Shown here one piece after another: positions 48,842 through 59,311 of a stretch of DNA of 64,000 nucleotides. This DNA comes from an uncultured virus (IMG/VR IMGVR_UViG_3300031758_003913). Lineage: Duplodnaviria; Heunggongvirae; Uroviricota; Caudoviricetes. Each line of letters starts with the position of its first letter. Within the stretch, counting starts at the first letter, position 1. Below the pieces are notes generated by a model that was not told the DNA's origin, ran no database searches, and saw only the letters and a program-made list of their open reading frames with translations. The DNA is taken from the IMG/VR virus record IMGVR_UViG_3300031758_003913, positions 1 to 64,000 of that record, one strand, 5' to 3'. A program made the position numbers and the translations under genes.

Positions 48842-49917
48842 TAATGATTAAGGTAGATAATGGGCGTGACCTTGCCGGCCTTAATCACGAAACAAAGAAT
48901 TTACAGGGTAAATTTTGTAGTAAGCCATTTGAAACATTATCAGTGCGTGATGATGGCAGTTGCTGGATGTGCTGTACAAGCTGGTTACCTTATAGCATTG
49001 GCAATTTAAACGAACAGTCATTTGAAGATATATGGCACGGCGAAGTGGCCACTATAATTCGTGAATCTATACTAGACGGAAGTTTTAGATATTGTAATCA
49101 TACAGTGTGTGGCGATATATCCGATAACCGGTTGCCTGATATTGAAGGCACTCCTACACCAGCAGGATTTCCAACACACATTATGTTTGAAAACGATGCT
49201 AGTTGTAATTTAACTTGTCCAAGTTGTCGTACTGAAAAAATATACGACCATGAAGGGCCGGACTATGAACGTAAGTTGGCATTACATTATAAAATTATCA
49301 ATACTGTATTTGACAAACCACATAACAAACATATTACATTAGATATGACCGGCAGTGGAGATCCATTTGGTTCTAAAATATTTCGTGAGTTTCTAGTTAA
49401 TTTTGATCCAACACCGTGGCCTAACTTAATATTAGACCTACAAACCAACGGGGTAATGCTTACACCAGCATATTGGCGTAGAATAGCTAAGTGGCACAGT
49501 AAAATTAGAAGTATTCGAATTAGCTTTGATGCGGCTTGCGAGGAAACTTATAACGTAGTGCGGCGGGGAGGAAATTGGCCAACGTTGCTAATAAACTGCG
49601 ACTACATCAATAACGAAATAAGCAAATATCCCAACATTAACGTACTAACACAATTTGTAGTACAAGATTTAAATTATAAAGAAATGATCGACTATACTAA
49701 CTTAATACTTACACGTTACCCTAATTTTTATTATGTAGAGTTTCAGTTAGTTATTGATTGGGGAACATGGAGTGAGGACATTTACAATCAACGTACTATC
49801 TGGAAAACAGAACATCCAGAATATACAGCATTTAAAGAAGTGCTAACTAATCCAGTCTTTAATAACCCTAAAGTTAGACTGGGCAATGTAGCAAATGTGC
49901 CAGCTCTGGAAACGTAG
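48820..49917 (+). CDS. Radical SAM protein with N-terminal twitch domain
   Basis: CSKP..MCC..C..C; CNLTCPSC, GSGDPF. Confidence 0.9.
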   Translation: MDSTSKIIMIKVDNGRDLAGLNHETKNLQGKFCSKPFETLSVRDDGSCWMCCTSWLPYSIGNLNEQSFEDIWHGEVATIIRESILDGSFRYCNHTVCGDISDNRLPDIEGTPTPAGFPTHIMFENDASCNLTCPSCRTEKIYDHEGPDYERKLALHYKIINTVFDKPHNKHITLDMTGSGDPFGSKIFREFLVNFDPTPWPNLILDLQTNGVMLTPAYWRRIAKWHSKIRSIRISFDAACEETYNVVRRGGNWPTLLINCDYINNEISKYPNINVLTQFVVQDLNYKEMIDYTNLILTRYPNFYYVEFQLVIDWGTWSEDIYNQRTIWKTEHPEYTAFKEVLTNPVFNNPKVRLGNVANVPALET

Positions 49918-51268
49918 ATTTAAAATTAGTCTTACGTAATGCTTCTAATTTTTCAATGTATTCTTTAAAAGCAGGTAGTTGATCAGTATGATCTTCTGCA
50001 TTCATAAAATCTAATACTGCTTGCCAACGTTTCCAACCGTACGGATTATTTTTCCAGAAGTCTTCATCTTGTCTGTAATTTTCATATAACCAACTAGCAA
50101 GATCTGCAAAACTCTTACGTACTTCTTCTTTGTCTGCTTCGGGCAATAGTCTAATACTTAAAAATGTAGGTATGTACAACAGATGCATATTAACAATTCC
50201 GCCGCCAGCTTGTATACCGCCTACAGTATTTTCAAGATTAACTTTCTTAAAATTCTGTTTAATTTTCCATTTAGCAAAATCAGCCAAGTGTTTAATATTA
50301 AGAATTTGTATAGCAGTAGCAATACTAACTTGTATGTTGTCAGGTGTATTATCTAACTTGTGAAGATTACGCTCGATAGTATCCCAGTCACTAGGATAGC
50401 GTATATAATAATTACGATCGCCGACTGCATCGATGCTGAATCCCACTTTAACTTTTTTAAATTTTTTCCAAAGCTCAATAATTTCGTCATCAACTAATAA
50501 TCCATTTGTATTATAACGTATAAGAATTTTATCTGAATACCCTTGACGAATAATTTCTTCAAGGAACCACTTATGCTCGCGAATCATCAATGGTTCTCCG
50601 CCAGCAAAGTATACTTGTTTTAAATTAGGAATCTGTGCATACATTTCTTTCCAGAAGTCTGGATTTTCATGCCAAAAGTTATTAAAATCTTTTCTATCCC
50701 ATTGCATTTGTTCTTTAAGTTCTTTTGCTTGAAATAGTGGATAGATTTTCTTGTGATCACCAACCCATTGACTGCTGTCATGCGGACTGCACATAACACA
50801 CTTTAAGTTACAAGTGTGTCCTAATCTTAAATCTAAATAAACAAGTTTCTCAGGAACAGTGCCATCTTCTTTGGTTTGTTTAATAAGTTCTTCAACATCA
50901 ATTCCATCTTCCATCCAAGAACCTGTTTCCCAAATACGTTTACTGGCAACCCCACGTGACTCTTCAGCAATGCACTTACTACAACTAGCAGGTATCTTCC
51001 CTTCAAGCATAGTTAAGCGTACATCTTTCATATACTCATTGTTCCAAGCACTCATAGGAGTTTCACGGCCAAAATTTGCTGGTTGCCCTTTTTCGTTTTT
51101 AACAAGGCCTACAGTATGATTCTCACCTGCACCACTAGCATTAGCACTACAGCACAATCGCATATCACCGTTGGGTCGTGTAGCAAAATGTATCCATGGC
51201 AATATGCAAAAAGTCTTGCTTCCTGATACTACTTCAATTTTATCTTGCCATTGTTTAATTTTATTCAT
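49874..51268 (-). CDS. Radical SAM protein with N-terminal twitch domain
   Basis: CILPW..LCC..CSKC; CNLKCVMC, GGEP. Confidence 0.92.
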   Translation of the reverse strand: MNKIKQWQDKIEVVSGSKTFCILPWIHFATRPNGDMRLCCSANASGAGENHTVGLVKNEKGQPANFGRETPMSAWNNEYMKDVRLTMLEGKIPASCSKCIAEESRGVASKRIWETGSWMEDGIDVEELIKQTKEDGTVPEKLVYLDLRLGHTCNLKCVMCSPHDSSQWVGDHKKIYPLFQAKELKEQMQWDRKDFNNFWHENPDFWKEMYAQIPNLKQVYFAGGEPLMIREHKWFLEEIIRQGYSDKILIRYNTNGLLVDDEIIELWKKFKKVKVGFSIDAVGDRNYYIRYPSDWDTIERNLHKLDNTPDNIQVSIATAIQILNIKHLADFAKWKIKQNFKKVNLENTVGGIQAGGGIVNMHLLYIPTFLSIRLLPEADKEEVRKSFADLASWLYENYRQDEDFWKNNPYGWKRWQAVLDFMNAEDHTDQLPAFKEYIEKLEALRKTNFKSTFPELAHLLHCPV

Positions 51269-51870
51269 TTTTTACCAATAATCATAAATCTTTTATATAG
51301 AGGAAGATCAATTTCGCCAGCATATAAAATATTTTTAATATTACACTGAGATTTGAATTCTTCTAAATCTTGAGAAATTCTAACATGCTCTGGTATATTG
51401 TAATTATTACCTTGCACAATAATTAATACATCGTCAGAGAGTAAATTAAACCATTGATCGTATTGTTGTTGTGTTATATGTTCACAACTTGTGTTAATAA
51501 CTATAGTAGCTTCGGGATTAGTGTAATGACACATATCACCTGTAATAGCACTAAATCTACCTTCTATCTCTTGTCTCTTATTAACTGTAGATGCAATTTT
51601 TTCACATTCAGGGTCAATGTCAATACTTGTAATATGATTAATACCTATATCTGTATTAAACAACAAACTTGCAAGTACTCCATTCCATCCTCCATATATA
51701 ACAATATTTGCTGTTACTGGAAGCCATGAGAACGTTTTTTCTAAAGATTCTATTAACCAAACTTTACTGTTAATTTGTCCTTTCCAAAAACTTTCAAGTG
51801 TGCGATGTTGATTATCGCTGTTACGAATTGCATCCATCCAAAATAAAACATCTTGTATATCAACTTTCAA
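51265..51870 (-). CDS. Class I SAM-dependent methyltransferase-like protein
   Basis: IYGGWNG, SIDID, GDM, INTSCEH. Confidence 0.7.
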   Translation of the reverse strand: MKVDIQDVLFWMDAIRNSDNQHRTLESFWKGQINSKVWLIESLEKTFSWLPVTANIVIYGGWNGVLASLLFNTDIGINHITSIDIDPECEKIASTVNKRQEIEGRFSAITGDMCHYTNPEATIVINTSCEHITQQQYDQWFNLLSDDVLIIVQGNNYNIPEHVRISQDLEEFKSQCNIKNILYAGEIDLPLYKRFMIIGKK

Positions 51871-52846
51871 ACTGCGCTCCTAATTTGTCAAACGTTCCAC
51901 ACTGTTTACTACATTCTATTAGAGGATCATTATTCCAAGTTTCTGCTATTTTATCAAAATACCCACTGTTAAAAATTTCACCCAAGGAATGACTATTTAG
52001 ATCTGGTAATACTCCAATTTTATCCATATAATCAATCCGCCGATTTTGATTAGGCAGTATCCAATCAAAGTCTAACCAACAGCACGGAGTAATTTTACCA
52101 CACGAGGATACATAGAAATTTTTGTTCTTCTGTGCTTTACATTTTATCTCTGGTTTAACATCTGTAATGTAACCAGTTACCTTACTCATCATATCTTTGC
52201 TTTTTTGTGTAGGGTATAAGATATGTGTAGTTTTACCTACATCGTCAAGTACATTGAATTTACCTTTTTCAAATCTAGTAGTATGTTTAATTTGAAATTT
52301 TTTAAATCCAAGCTCTTCGCTTAGTTTTTTACATTTTTCTATTTGATGCTCGTTATGATCAAACACTAACATATGCCATTCAGCATATCCACCAGCTTGT
52401 ATAAAGTCATAAGCATTGTCAATTATCTTATCAAAGTCTGTGTTAATTCGATACAAATTATGAGTGTCTTCTAACCCGTCTATACCAAATACTGTTCGAA
52501 CATTTGCACGGGCTAGACCTTGCCACCATGATTTATCTCTTGCACTACCGTTTGTGTGCATTGATAATTGTATTAAAGGATTTACTGTTCTAAGATATTC
52601 AAAGATTTCTAAACAGTCTTTAGCAATAATAGGATCACCTAAGTTACCACACATAAACAAACTATCTAGTTGTTTAATAAATGAGTCAGGAAACCAAGAC
52701 TTAAATTTGTCTAGATTAATTTCATCTAATTTAATTAACGGATTAATTACACCGCCGTTTATCCTTCGAGGACACATAGGACAACGAGCCTGGCACTTGC
52801 TGGTAATTTCTAAGTGTATGTCTCGTATATCTTCTAATTTATACAT
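51860..52846 (-). CDS. Radical SAM protein with C-terminal twitch domain
   Basis: CQARCPMC, GNLGDP, HTNG; C..PCC..C..C. Confidence 0.9.
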   Translation of the reverse strand: MYKLEDIRDIHLEITSKCQARCPMCPRRINGGVINPLIKLDEINLDKFKSWFPDSFIKQLDSLFMCGNLGDPIIAKDCLEIFEYLRTVNPLIQLSMHTNGSARDKSWWQGLARANVRTVFGIDGLEDTHNLYRINTDFDKIIDNAYDFIQAGGYAEWHMLVFDHNEHQIEKCKKLSEELGFKKFQIKHTTRFEKGKFNVLDDVGKTTHILYPTQKSKDMMSKVTGYITDVKPEIKCKAQKNKNFYVSSCGKITPCCWLDFDWILPNQNRRIDYMDKIGVLPDLNSHSLGEIFNSGYFDKIAETWNNDPLIECSKQCGTFDKLGAQFES

Positions 52847-53825
52847 TTTTCATCTTTGGTATTTTGCTATCTGCGCTACTAACGCAACTAGGTGTTACAC
52901 AGTGTTTTGCTGATTTAAAAATATCAAACCCATGCTCTAATGTTCCTAAAGGTTGTTCGTAACAACTATAGCTACGCTTTACTTCGTTTTCTCGAATTAC
53001 TATTCCTTGATATCCTGCATTACATAACCAACCTTTAAATTTATTAAATCCAAATGCATTGAATCGCTCAGCTTGATCTATATAATACTTATTACCTGTT
53101 GCATCCTCTAATTCAATTTGAGATACATTTTCGCTTTGCCACACTTGCGGAAACCCTATTTGCATTTTATCAATTTGATCCGTTGTGTATTCATTTATTA
53201 CAAAACTTGCGGTGGGGTCACTTTGAGGTTTTAAAGTAACATTAATACCTCGTTCAGCAAATCTTTCACATCTAGCATATAAGTCATCAAACTGATTAGG
53301 AACCATAACTTGATTAATGGTTACAAATACTCCATTGTTTATAAGATATAAACATTTGTCGCCAAACTCTTGCTCTTTTGCAAACTCAGCATGATAACTT
53401 GCTGTAATACTTCTTCGCTGTAAAGAGTCTGTAGTAGTTAACCAATTGTTCCACCATTTACTGCCAGGGGATAAATTAGTGGTCATGTGGATGCTTTGAT
53501 ACAAAGCATTACTATCCGCACAGTAATGTTCTATAATTTTATCAAATTGTTTGTAAGCAGTAGGTTCGCCGCCACTAAAACTAAAATGAAAATCTGGAAA
53601 ATTATTTGCGCGAGCTTGAGCTTTTATACTGTCAATAGTACGTAGGTATAATTCTAATTCTTGATGATCTGGTTTGTCAGACCTAGCATAGGGCCAGCAA
53701 TAGGAACAATTATAATTACAGAATCTTGCAAGGATCCACGATACTGTAAAAAGACGAGTATCTAATAAAGTTTTTTGACCAAAGCGTACTATTTGTTCAA
53801 AAGGTATTTTTTGAAAATTGTTCAT
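52839..53825 (-). CDS. Radical SAM protein, related to 46170-47057
   Basis: CNYNCSYC, SGGEP; CNAG...C..C..C.S.AD. Confidence 0.9.
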   Translation of the reverse strand: MNNFQKIPFEQIVRFGQKTLLDTRLFTVSWILARFCNYNCSYCWPYARSDKPDHQELELYLRTIDSIKAQARANNFPDFHFSFSGGEPTAYKQFDKIIEHYCADSNALYQSIHMTTNLSPGSKWWNNWLTTTDSLQRRSITASYHAEFAKEQEFGDKCLYLINNGVFVTINQVMVPNQFDDLYARCERFAERGINVTLKPQSDPTASFVINEYTTDQIDKMQIGFPQVWQSENVSQIELEDATGNKYYIDQAERFNAFGFNKFKGWLCNAGYQGIVIRENEVKRSYSCYEQPLGTLEHGFDIFKSAKHCVTPSCVSSADSKIPKMKNV

Positions 53826-54480
53826 TTAACCATTCGAAGTCATTTATCTTCGCTAATTCACTAGGTGCATTTTGCCAAAACAAACCAAAATATTTTCCAG
53901 CAATAGCTCCCAGATGTGCATATTTGCCGTATGGCGCTGACTCATTTAATGTACACCACGCTTCTAGTCTTAACTGAGTTTCTATATCGTCTTGCCTATC
54001 GATTGTTTTGCTTGATAATTTTACACATTCTCTAAATGCACTTTTCCACGTATTAAACGGATCAGTATTAAATGCTGTAATATTAGATATTTCAGGCATT
54101 GCTTTAAACAACGTACTAATACTTGTTGTCATATCAGTTTTTGATGTATCCATGTTTATTGTTAATTTACGAGGAAGTAGTTTAACACCTCCGTAACCAT
54201 AAACTAAATCGTTAACAGGATTTATACTGCGCCATACATGTACTGTTTCTAAATCCCATTCAGGAACAACATAATCAAATTTAAAATCTTCAACTATTTC
54301 TGCATCAGCATCTACGACCCAAAACATCTTTGTAAAACACAATTTTGCCGCTTGGATGTGTGCTTGATGAATTCCTTTTACTCCGTGAACTCTTTTAGCT
54401 GTAGGAAATTTAGACTTTAATCTTTCCCAATTAATGTCTGCATAAGGTTCTTGATAAGAAATAAAAATGATATCATACAT
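53797..54480 (-). CDS. GT-A fold glycosyltransferase-like protein
   Basis: FWVVDAD (DxD), YGYGGVK, W.SAFRE. Confidence 0.6.
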   Translation of the reverse strand: MYDIIFISYQEPYADINWERLKSKFPTAKRVHGVKGIHQAHIQAAKLCFTKMFWVVDADAEIVEDFKFDYVVPEWDLETVHVWRSINPVNDLVYGYGGVKLLPRKLTINMDTSKTDMTTSISTLFKAMPEISNITAFNTDPFNTWKSAFRECVKLSSKTIDRQDDIETQLRLEAWCTLNESAPYGKYAHLGAIAGKYFGLFWQNAPSELAKINDFEWLNEQFSKNTF

Positions 54481-54486
54481 ATTATT

Positions 54487-54515
54487 ATTATACTATTATT
54501 TTAAAGTATTGTCAA
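54487..54515 (-). promoter_or_regulatory. Consensus sigma70 promoter TTGACA-N17-TATAAT, probably giving a leaderless mRNA
   Basis: Perfect match on the minus strand; -10 box ends 6 nt before the ATG at 54480. Confidence 0.8.
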
Positions 54516-55479
54516 CCATAAAGTCTTTAAGACTAAAATTAGTTCCAAGCATATGATCTAGTGATGCTGCTTTGTCGTTACTCCAAACTAACACCTCGGG
54601 GTCGTCGTATAAAAAATCACAATTCTTACAGTAATCAATACTATCAAAATTTTTGTTAGCATGTGCATCACGTAATTTATTGTATGCTTCTCCGTTCCAT
54701 ATTTCTTCTATTGATTGTGTTTCTACATGTCCTAGCACACTTAAACTTTCGTTTGGTGGACCCATTGTTTGACAACACGAAGTAACTGCGCCTGTAAGAC
54801 CATTATTGCCACCGGCTCGGATTGTAATTTCAGGAGCAAATGGTCTACCACAAGTTCTACGTTTTTTAGGATCTCTAAAATATACAGGAGTATAATTGCC
54901 ACTCCAGTTGTGCATTTTCCATATGTATCCTAACGTTCCAGTTGGGCCAATAAAATTATTACGGTACTGTTCAACTTCGTAATCTATTTGCGTATTATCT
55001 AATATCAAATGATAACTAGACAGTATACATTTGCTGTTAGATTTTTTAATATACTCTTTGGCCTTTATTACATTGGTCTTTAGTAAATCAAAATTATCAA
55101 CATTCATCCACTCACGATATTTTTCTTTATTGTATCCAATACAGCTAAATCTTGCAAAACTTAGTCCAGCGTCTACACAATCTTGCATGAAATGACCGCT
55201 GAAAAAACTTCCATTAGTATACATAAAACTAGGAAAATTTCGTTTAGTGCATGCTTCTATGTACAAAGGCAAATCTTTAGCAAGAGTAGGTTCGCCACTA
55301 CCTTCAAGATTAATAACTGGATTACCTGGTAACTGATCTAATATATTTTCAAACATATTAAGTGGCATTTTACGTGTCCAGGCCTTGCCTCTACCTTCAG
55401 TCTGTGGACACATTTGACAGGTATAATTACATCCCCCAAAAACTTCAACTACTGCACGTTCTAGATTAGGTACGCTCAA
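54496..55479 (-). CDS. Radical SAM protein with C-terminal twitch domain (BtrN-like architecture)
   Basis: CNYTCQMC, GSGEP; CGRP..SCC..CKNC; TTG start after GGAG (track start 55500). Confidence 0.9.
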   Translation of the reverse strand: MSVPNLERAVVEVFGGCNYTCQMCPQTEGRGKAWTRKMPLNMFENILDQLPGNPVINLEGSGEPTLAKDLPLYIEACTKRNFPSFMYTNGSFFSGHFMQDCVDAGLSFARFSCIGYNKEKYREWMNVDNFDLLKTNVIKAKEYIKKSNSKCILSSYHLILDNTQIDYEVEQYRNNFIGPTGTLGYIWKMHNWSGNYTPVYFRDPKKRRTCGRPFAPEITIRAGGNNGLTGAVTSCCQTMGPPNESLSVLGHVETQSIEEIWNGEAYNKLRDAHANKNFDSIDYCKNCDFLYDDPEVLVWSNDKAASLDHMLGTNFSLKDFMVDNTLK

Positions 55480-56275
55480 TTTTAACTCCATGTCCTTCAA
55501 AATTATTAAACGACGGTAATAGTAGCATTGCTTTTACCTTTGTATCCATAGACTGATCTTCAATAGTTATTTTTATGCGTTTTTTTTCAGTTTTTAATAT
55601 TTTTGTTTCATCATATCCTAACTCAGCTAAATCAAAATTAGCTTCAATCTTAGTTTTTCTAAAAAACTTTTTCATCTGTGCATGTGTCTCGACCATTGCA
55701 GGTTTAATAGTAAATCCATCTAAATGAACATGCGGTATATAATGACCGCGTTCATCTGTAACTACTAAAAAAACTTTAGAGCTATTAGTATATTCAGCAA
55801 TTTCTTCTACTGTGTTAAATTCTTTTATAAATTGCATAGGTTGACCGCCTGTATTAAAACAAAGACAATCTATTTCATCGGGTGCAAAATATTTTATAAT
55901 TGCTTGTCTTGTTCCACCCGGATGTATTCTCCAGTCAAGAGACACAGGACTCCAATGAACCCCAACTGGCTTTCTTAGACCGCCTTCAGTAAAAAATCCA
56001 TGTGTAAGCCAAACTGCTTTTACATATCCTTCAATTTCTTCTTGATATCTGTTATACACAGGATCTGTGTGAGATAACCATATAGTAGGTTCTACTTCTT
56101 TATTAATACCGTATTGAAAATAATTTATTAAGTAGTTTTCGTAGTTTTTAATTCTGGGCCAATAACTTAACATGTGTTTAGACACACGAGCTATACCTAA
56201 TATTTCGTCAGGTTTCTTAATATTCCAAAATTCATTTCCAGCATTTTCCCATATACCATTAATAAAATTAGCCAT
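55466..56275 (-). CDS. Hypothetical protein
   Basis: ORF track; IHPGGTR motif; no family assigned. Confidence 0.7.
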   Translation of the reverse strand: MANFINGIWENAGNEFWNIKKPDEILGIARVSKHMLSYWPRIKNYENYLINYFQYGINKEVEPTIWLSHTDPVYNRYQEEIEGYVKAVWLTHGFFTEGGLRKPVGVHWSPVSLDWRIHPGGTRQAIIKYFAPDEIDCLCFNTGGQPMQFIKEFNTVEEIAEYTNSSKVFLVVTDERGHYIPHVHLDGFTIKPAMVETHAQMKKFFRKTKIEANFDLAELGYDETKILKTEKKRIKITIEDQSMDTKVKAMLLLPSFNNFEGHGVKIERT

Positions 56276-57230
56276 TCCATTTACTCCACATACGTTCTAA
56301 CATAGGAAAATAACCAATATCAGTATGTCTGTAGTCGTATTCTATGCGTTTTTTATTAAATTCAATTGAGTAAAAATCTGTATATTCTTTAAAAAAATCT
56401 ACTGCCTCAGTATATGGCATATCAATAATTTTTCCCACAGGTGCATAACCAAGTGCAAGCTGTTCGTCTGTAGGATCTACTCCTCTTGCTTCTAACCATT
56501 TTGTAAAATTGTCATCCATAGGCAATTCATAGCCTGTTCCAAAGTAACAATTAAACTCGCCGCTGATTATTCTGTGTTCTGAAATGCCATTTGCTTCTAC
56601 TATATTATCATTGTCAAGATATGCTTCGTACCATGTCTTGCCTGTTTGCGCATAATGAAGATAAACTAAACCATCAGTAATGTCTCTAGTAAAATTTCGT
56701 TTTTCTTCTAGAGGAATTTCAATACGATCTGTTACTCCAAGTACATTATAATAAAAATATCCGTTGGTCCATTCAGGGCTATTTTTTTCTGTTTCATACC
56801 ATGCCTCTAATTCATGGCAACAATGGTTAAGCATAGATATTGCATTTCTTGTTTCCCCATTAGCTTTAGCTAAAACAGTACCTGGTTTCCATAATTGTCC
56901 TTGTGTTATTTCAAAATGATGATGTAGAACATTAAGAAGATCTTGATTGTGTTCGTATCTTAAAGAACTAAAATCTTCATTAATTCTATATGCTTTATAA
57001 TAATTTATTGTTTGGATACTCCTATCTAAATCATTACAAATATGTTCTCGCGTTCTGCAATCGTTATGAAACCCTAACAAACTAAAATTCTTTTGAAATA
57101 TTTTGTTATTATGTGTTAGTAATAAATGATCTAATTGTTTAGTCCATGCAGATGCCAATGCTGTATCATCAGGTTTAATCTGAAGATATTTTATTTGATT
57201 ATCTTTATTTCTAAAACCAAGCTCTATCAT
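56268..57230 (-). CDS. Hypothetical protein
   Basis: LNVLHHHFE, LNHCCHELE (possible metal site); start moved to 57230. Confidence 0.7.
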   Translation of the reverse strand: MIELGFRNKDNQIKYLQIKPDDTALASAWTKQLDHLLLTHNNKIFQKNFSLLGFHNDCRTREHICNDLDRSIQTINYYKAYRINEDFSSLRYEHNQDLLNVLHHHFEITQGQLWKPGTVLAKANGETRNAISMLNHCCHELEAWYETEKNSPEWTNGYFYYNVLGVTDRIEIPLEEKRNFTRDITDGLVYLHYAQTGKTWYEAYLDNDNIVEANGISEHRIISGEFNCYFGTGYELPMDDNFTKWLEARGVDPTDEQLALGYAPVGKIIDMPYTEAVDFFKEYTDFYSIEFNKKRIEYDYRHTDIGYFPMLERMWSKWNG

Positions 57231-58062
57231 ATATTGCTCTTTTAATTTGCTCTGCATGTGCATGTTGAGAACGTATACCAGGATGCATTTTATCTCTAGC
57301 GCATTTATCATCAATATTAGGAAAAGGTTTTATTGTTTCATTAGGGTACATAACCTCACATAAATCGTTTAGTGGATAATCCCAAGAACATAAAATTATT
57401 TTTATATTTTTATGTTCTGCTAAATCATGTATCCAGTTTACATAAGATACTGCTTGTACTATATAATATTCCTCGTCTAAAGCAGTAAGCTGATTACTTA
57501 ATTCTTCATACTGTTGATGCGGCCATTGGGGTATAAGATTAACAATTTTACCTTGATCGTCAAGATACATTTGTCTATGCCATTGCGGCAAGGTAAACAC
57601 AGCATAATCAAGATCTATTACTTTAGAGGCAGCACTAAACGTTTTTGCCACCCTTTGTAAAGAAGATCCACCTATAGCTAAATTAAAACAATTAAGGTCA
57701 AACTGCTTTGAAACCATACTAACAAATGTATCTTTATATTCTATACCTTCACCAAATGTAAAACTACAACCAAAAAATCCAATTTTAGGTCTAGGAGAAT
57801 TAAAGTCCCATATTTCTCTAAAATTGTATCTATTGATAACGTACTCCCAATCTCCAGGTTTTACTATTTTTTCCTCTGCTGAATTCATACCTAGTACAGT
57901 TGTATAGCCGCGCTCATAGTCATCTTTAGACCATACTGATTTTTTAATACCAAATTGTGCAAGGTCGTCAATACTATTAACATGACTTGATGATGTTTTT
58001 ACATATTTTATATACTCTTCAAGAGTTAAACCTCTTATATATTTTTTTATTTTATTTAACAT
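57211..58062 (-). CDS. SGNH/GDSL-like protein
   Basis: FFGCSFTFGEG, NLAIGGSS, DKMHPG; start moved to 58062. Confidence 0.65.
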   Translation of the reverse strand: MLNKIKKYIRGLTLEEYIKYVKTSSSHVNSIDDLAQFGIKKSVWSKDDYERGYTTVLGMNSAEEKIVKPGDWEYVINRYNFREIWDFNSPRPKIGFFGCSFTFGEGIEYKDTFVSMVSKQFDLNCFNLAIGGSSLQRVAKTFSAASKVIDLDYAVFTLPQWHRQMYLDDQGKIVNLIPQWPHQQYEELSNQLTALDEEYYIVQAVSYVNWIHDLAEHKNIKIILCSWDYPLNDLCEVMYPNETIKPFPNIDDKCARDKMHPGIRSQHAHAEQIKRAIYDRAWF

Positions 58063-59311
58063 TGATAAGCTCCGGATTAAATGCAAAAACATCATTGTTT
58101 CGAATAGTATCAATCTGTTGCGATTTCCATTTAAACTTTTCAAATAGTATGCTGCGATCTTCACTATACATAAAATCAATAATATTTTGCCAACCGCTAA
58201 AAGGTATTGCTGTGTCAGCCTCAAGCTTCTTGCCATACTTTGTTATTTTTTCAGCGGCTTGATCTTTTAAATGGGCAGGAAGAACTGTTATACTATAATA
58301 ATCAGGAGTAAACAAAGGATTCAGGTGAAATCTATCAACCCAATAATTTTCAATGTTGAAGCCCATGTGCTTGTGTATTGATTTTAAAGGCATAAGATCT
58401 GCTTTATGTAAAACTTCATGCAATTCTGTTAATCTAAATATATTTAATATACTCACTGTAGGATGAAACCAATAATCAACTACTCCGCTTTCTCGTATAC
58501 GTTTTAAATTTTCAAATGTAGATTTCCAGTTACCTTTATATCTGATATATTCAAATGCATCACCTTCGCCATCGATGCTCAAACTTAAATGTACATGTTT
58601 AAATTTTTTCCAATAATCTAATACATTGTCTTTATCTCTACCTAACGTGGTCCCATTGGTACTGTATCTTAATTCAATGTCATATTTTTTACGTTCATCA
58701 AGTAGTTTTAAAATTTTCCAATGTTCAGGCATCATTAGTGGTTCGCCACCTGCAAAATGTATCTGCTTCATTGTATCTAAATTTTGTGCAATGTCGTCCC
58801 AAAATAAATCTGCTTTTTCTAAATCAATTAATCTTGTTTCAGAATATTTGTCGTATCCAGGATGTAGTTTAATCCAATCAGATGCCCACTGTGTACTAAA
58901 CAGTGGTGAACATGTTGTGCAAGCTAGATTACAATAGTTACTAAATCTAAAATCCCAGTATTTTAATTGCAATGAAGGAATGGCACCGTCTATATCTGTT
59001 TGTTCAATTAACGGTTGCATTTCTGCATACCATCTATCATTAAAGCCTGTTCGCATACTATTAAGTCCAACAGCTTCTTTAGAAGTACATCTTTCACAAG
59101 CAGTAGGCAGAGGCTTGCCTTCAAGCATATTTTTCCTCATTACTTTAGCTTGATCACTATTAACAATTTCTATAAGTTTTTGAGTTTTTACATTTCCAAA
59201 ACTATTTTCGTTTTTTAATGGGGTTTGACAACATGCAAAAGCTCTACCGTCGTTGATGACGTGCAAGTGCATCCAGGGTGCTACACAAAAATTATTAAAA
59301 TCTTTATTCAT
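58052..59311 (-). CDS. Radical SAM protein with N-terminal twitch domain
   Basis: CVAPW..ACC..CERC; CNLACTTC, GGEP. Confidence 0.92.
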   Translation of the reverse strand: MNKDFNNFCVAPWMHLHVINDGRAFACCQTPLKNENSFGNVKTQKLIEIVNSDQAKVMRKNMLEGKPLPTACERCTSKEAVGLNSMRTGFNDRWYAEMQPLIEQTDIDGAIPSLQLKYWDFRFSNYCNLACTTCSPLFSTQWASDWIKLHPGYDKYSETRLIDLEKADLFWDDIAQNLDTMKQIHFAGGEPLMMPEHWKILKLLDERKKYDIELRYSTNGTTLGRDKDNVLDYWKKFKHVHLSLSIDGEGDAFEYIRYKGNWKSTFENLKRIRESGVVDYWFHPTVSILNIFRLTELHEVLHKADLMPLKSIHKHMGFNIENYWVDRFHLNPLFTPDYYSITVLPAHLKDQAAEKITKYGKKLEADTAIPFSGWQNIIDFMYSEDRSILFEKFKWKSQQIDTIRNNDVFAFNPELINVK

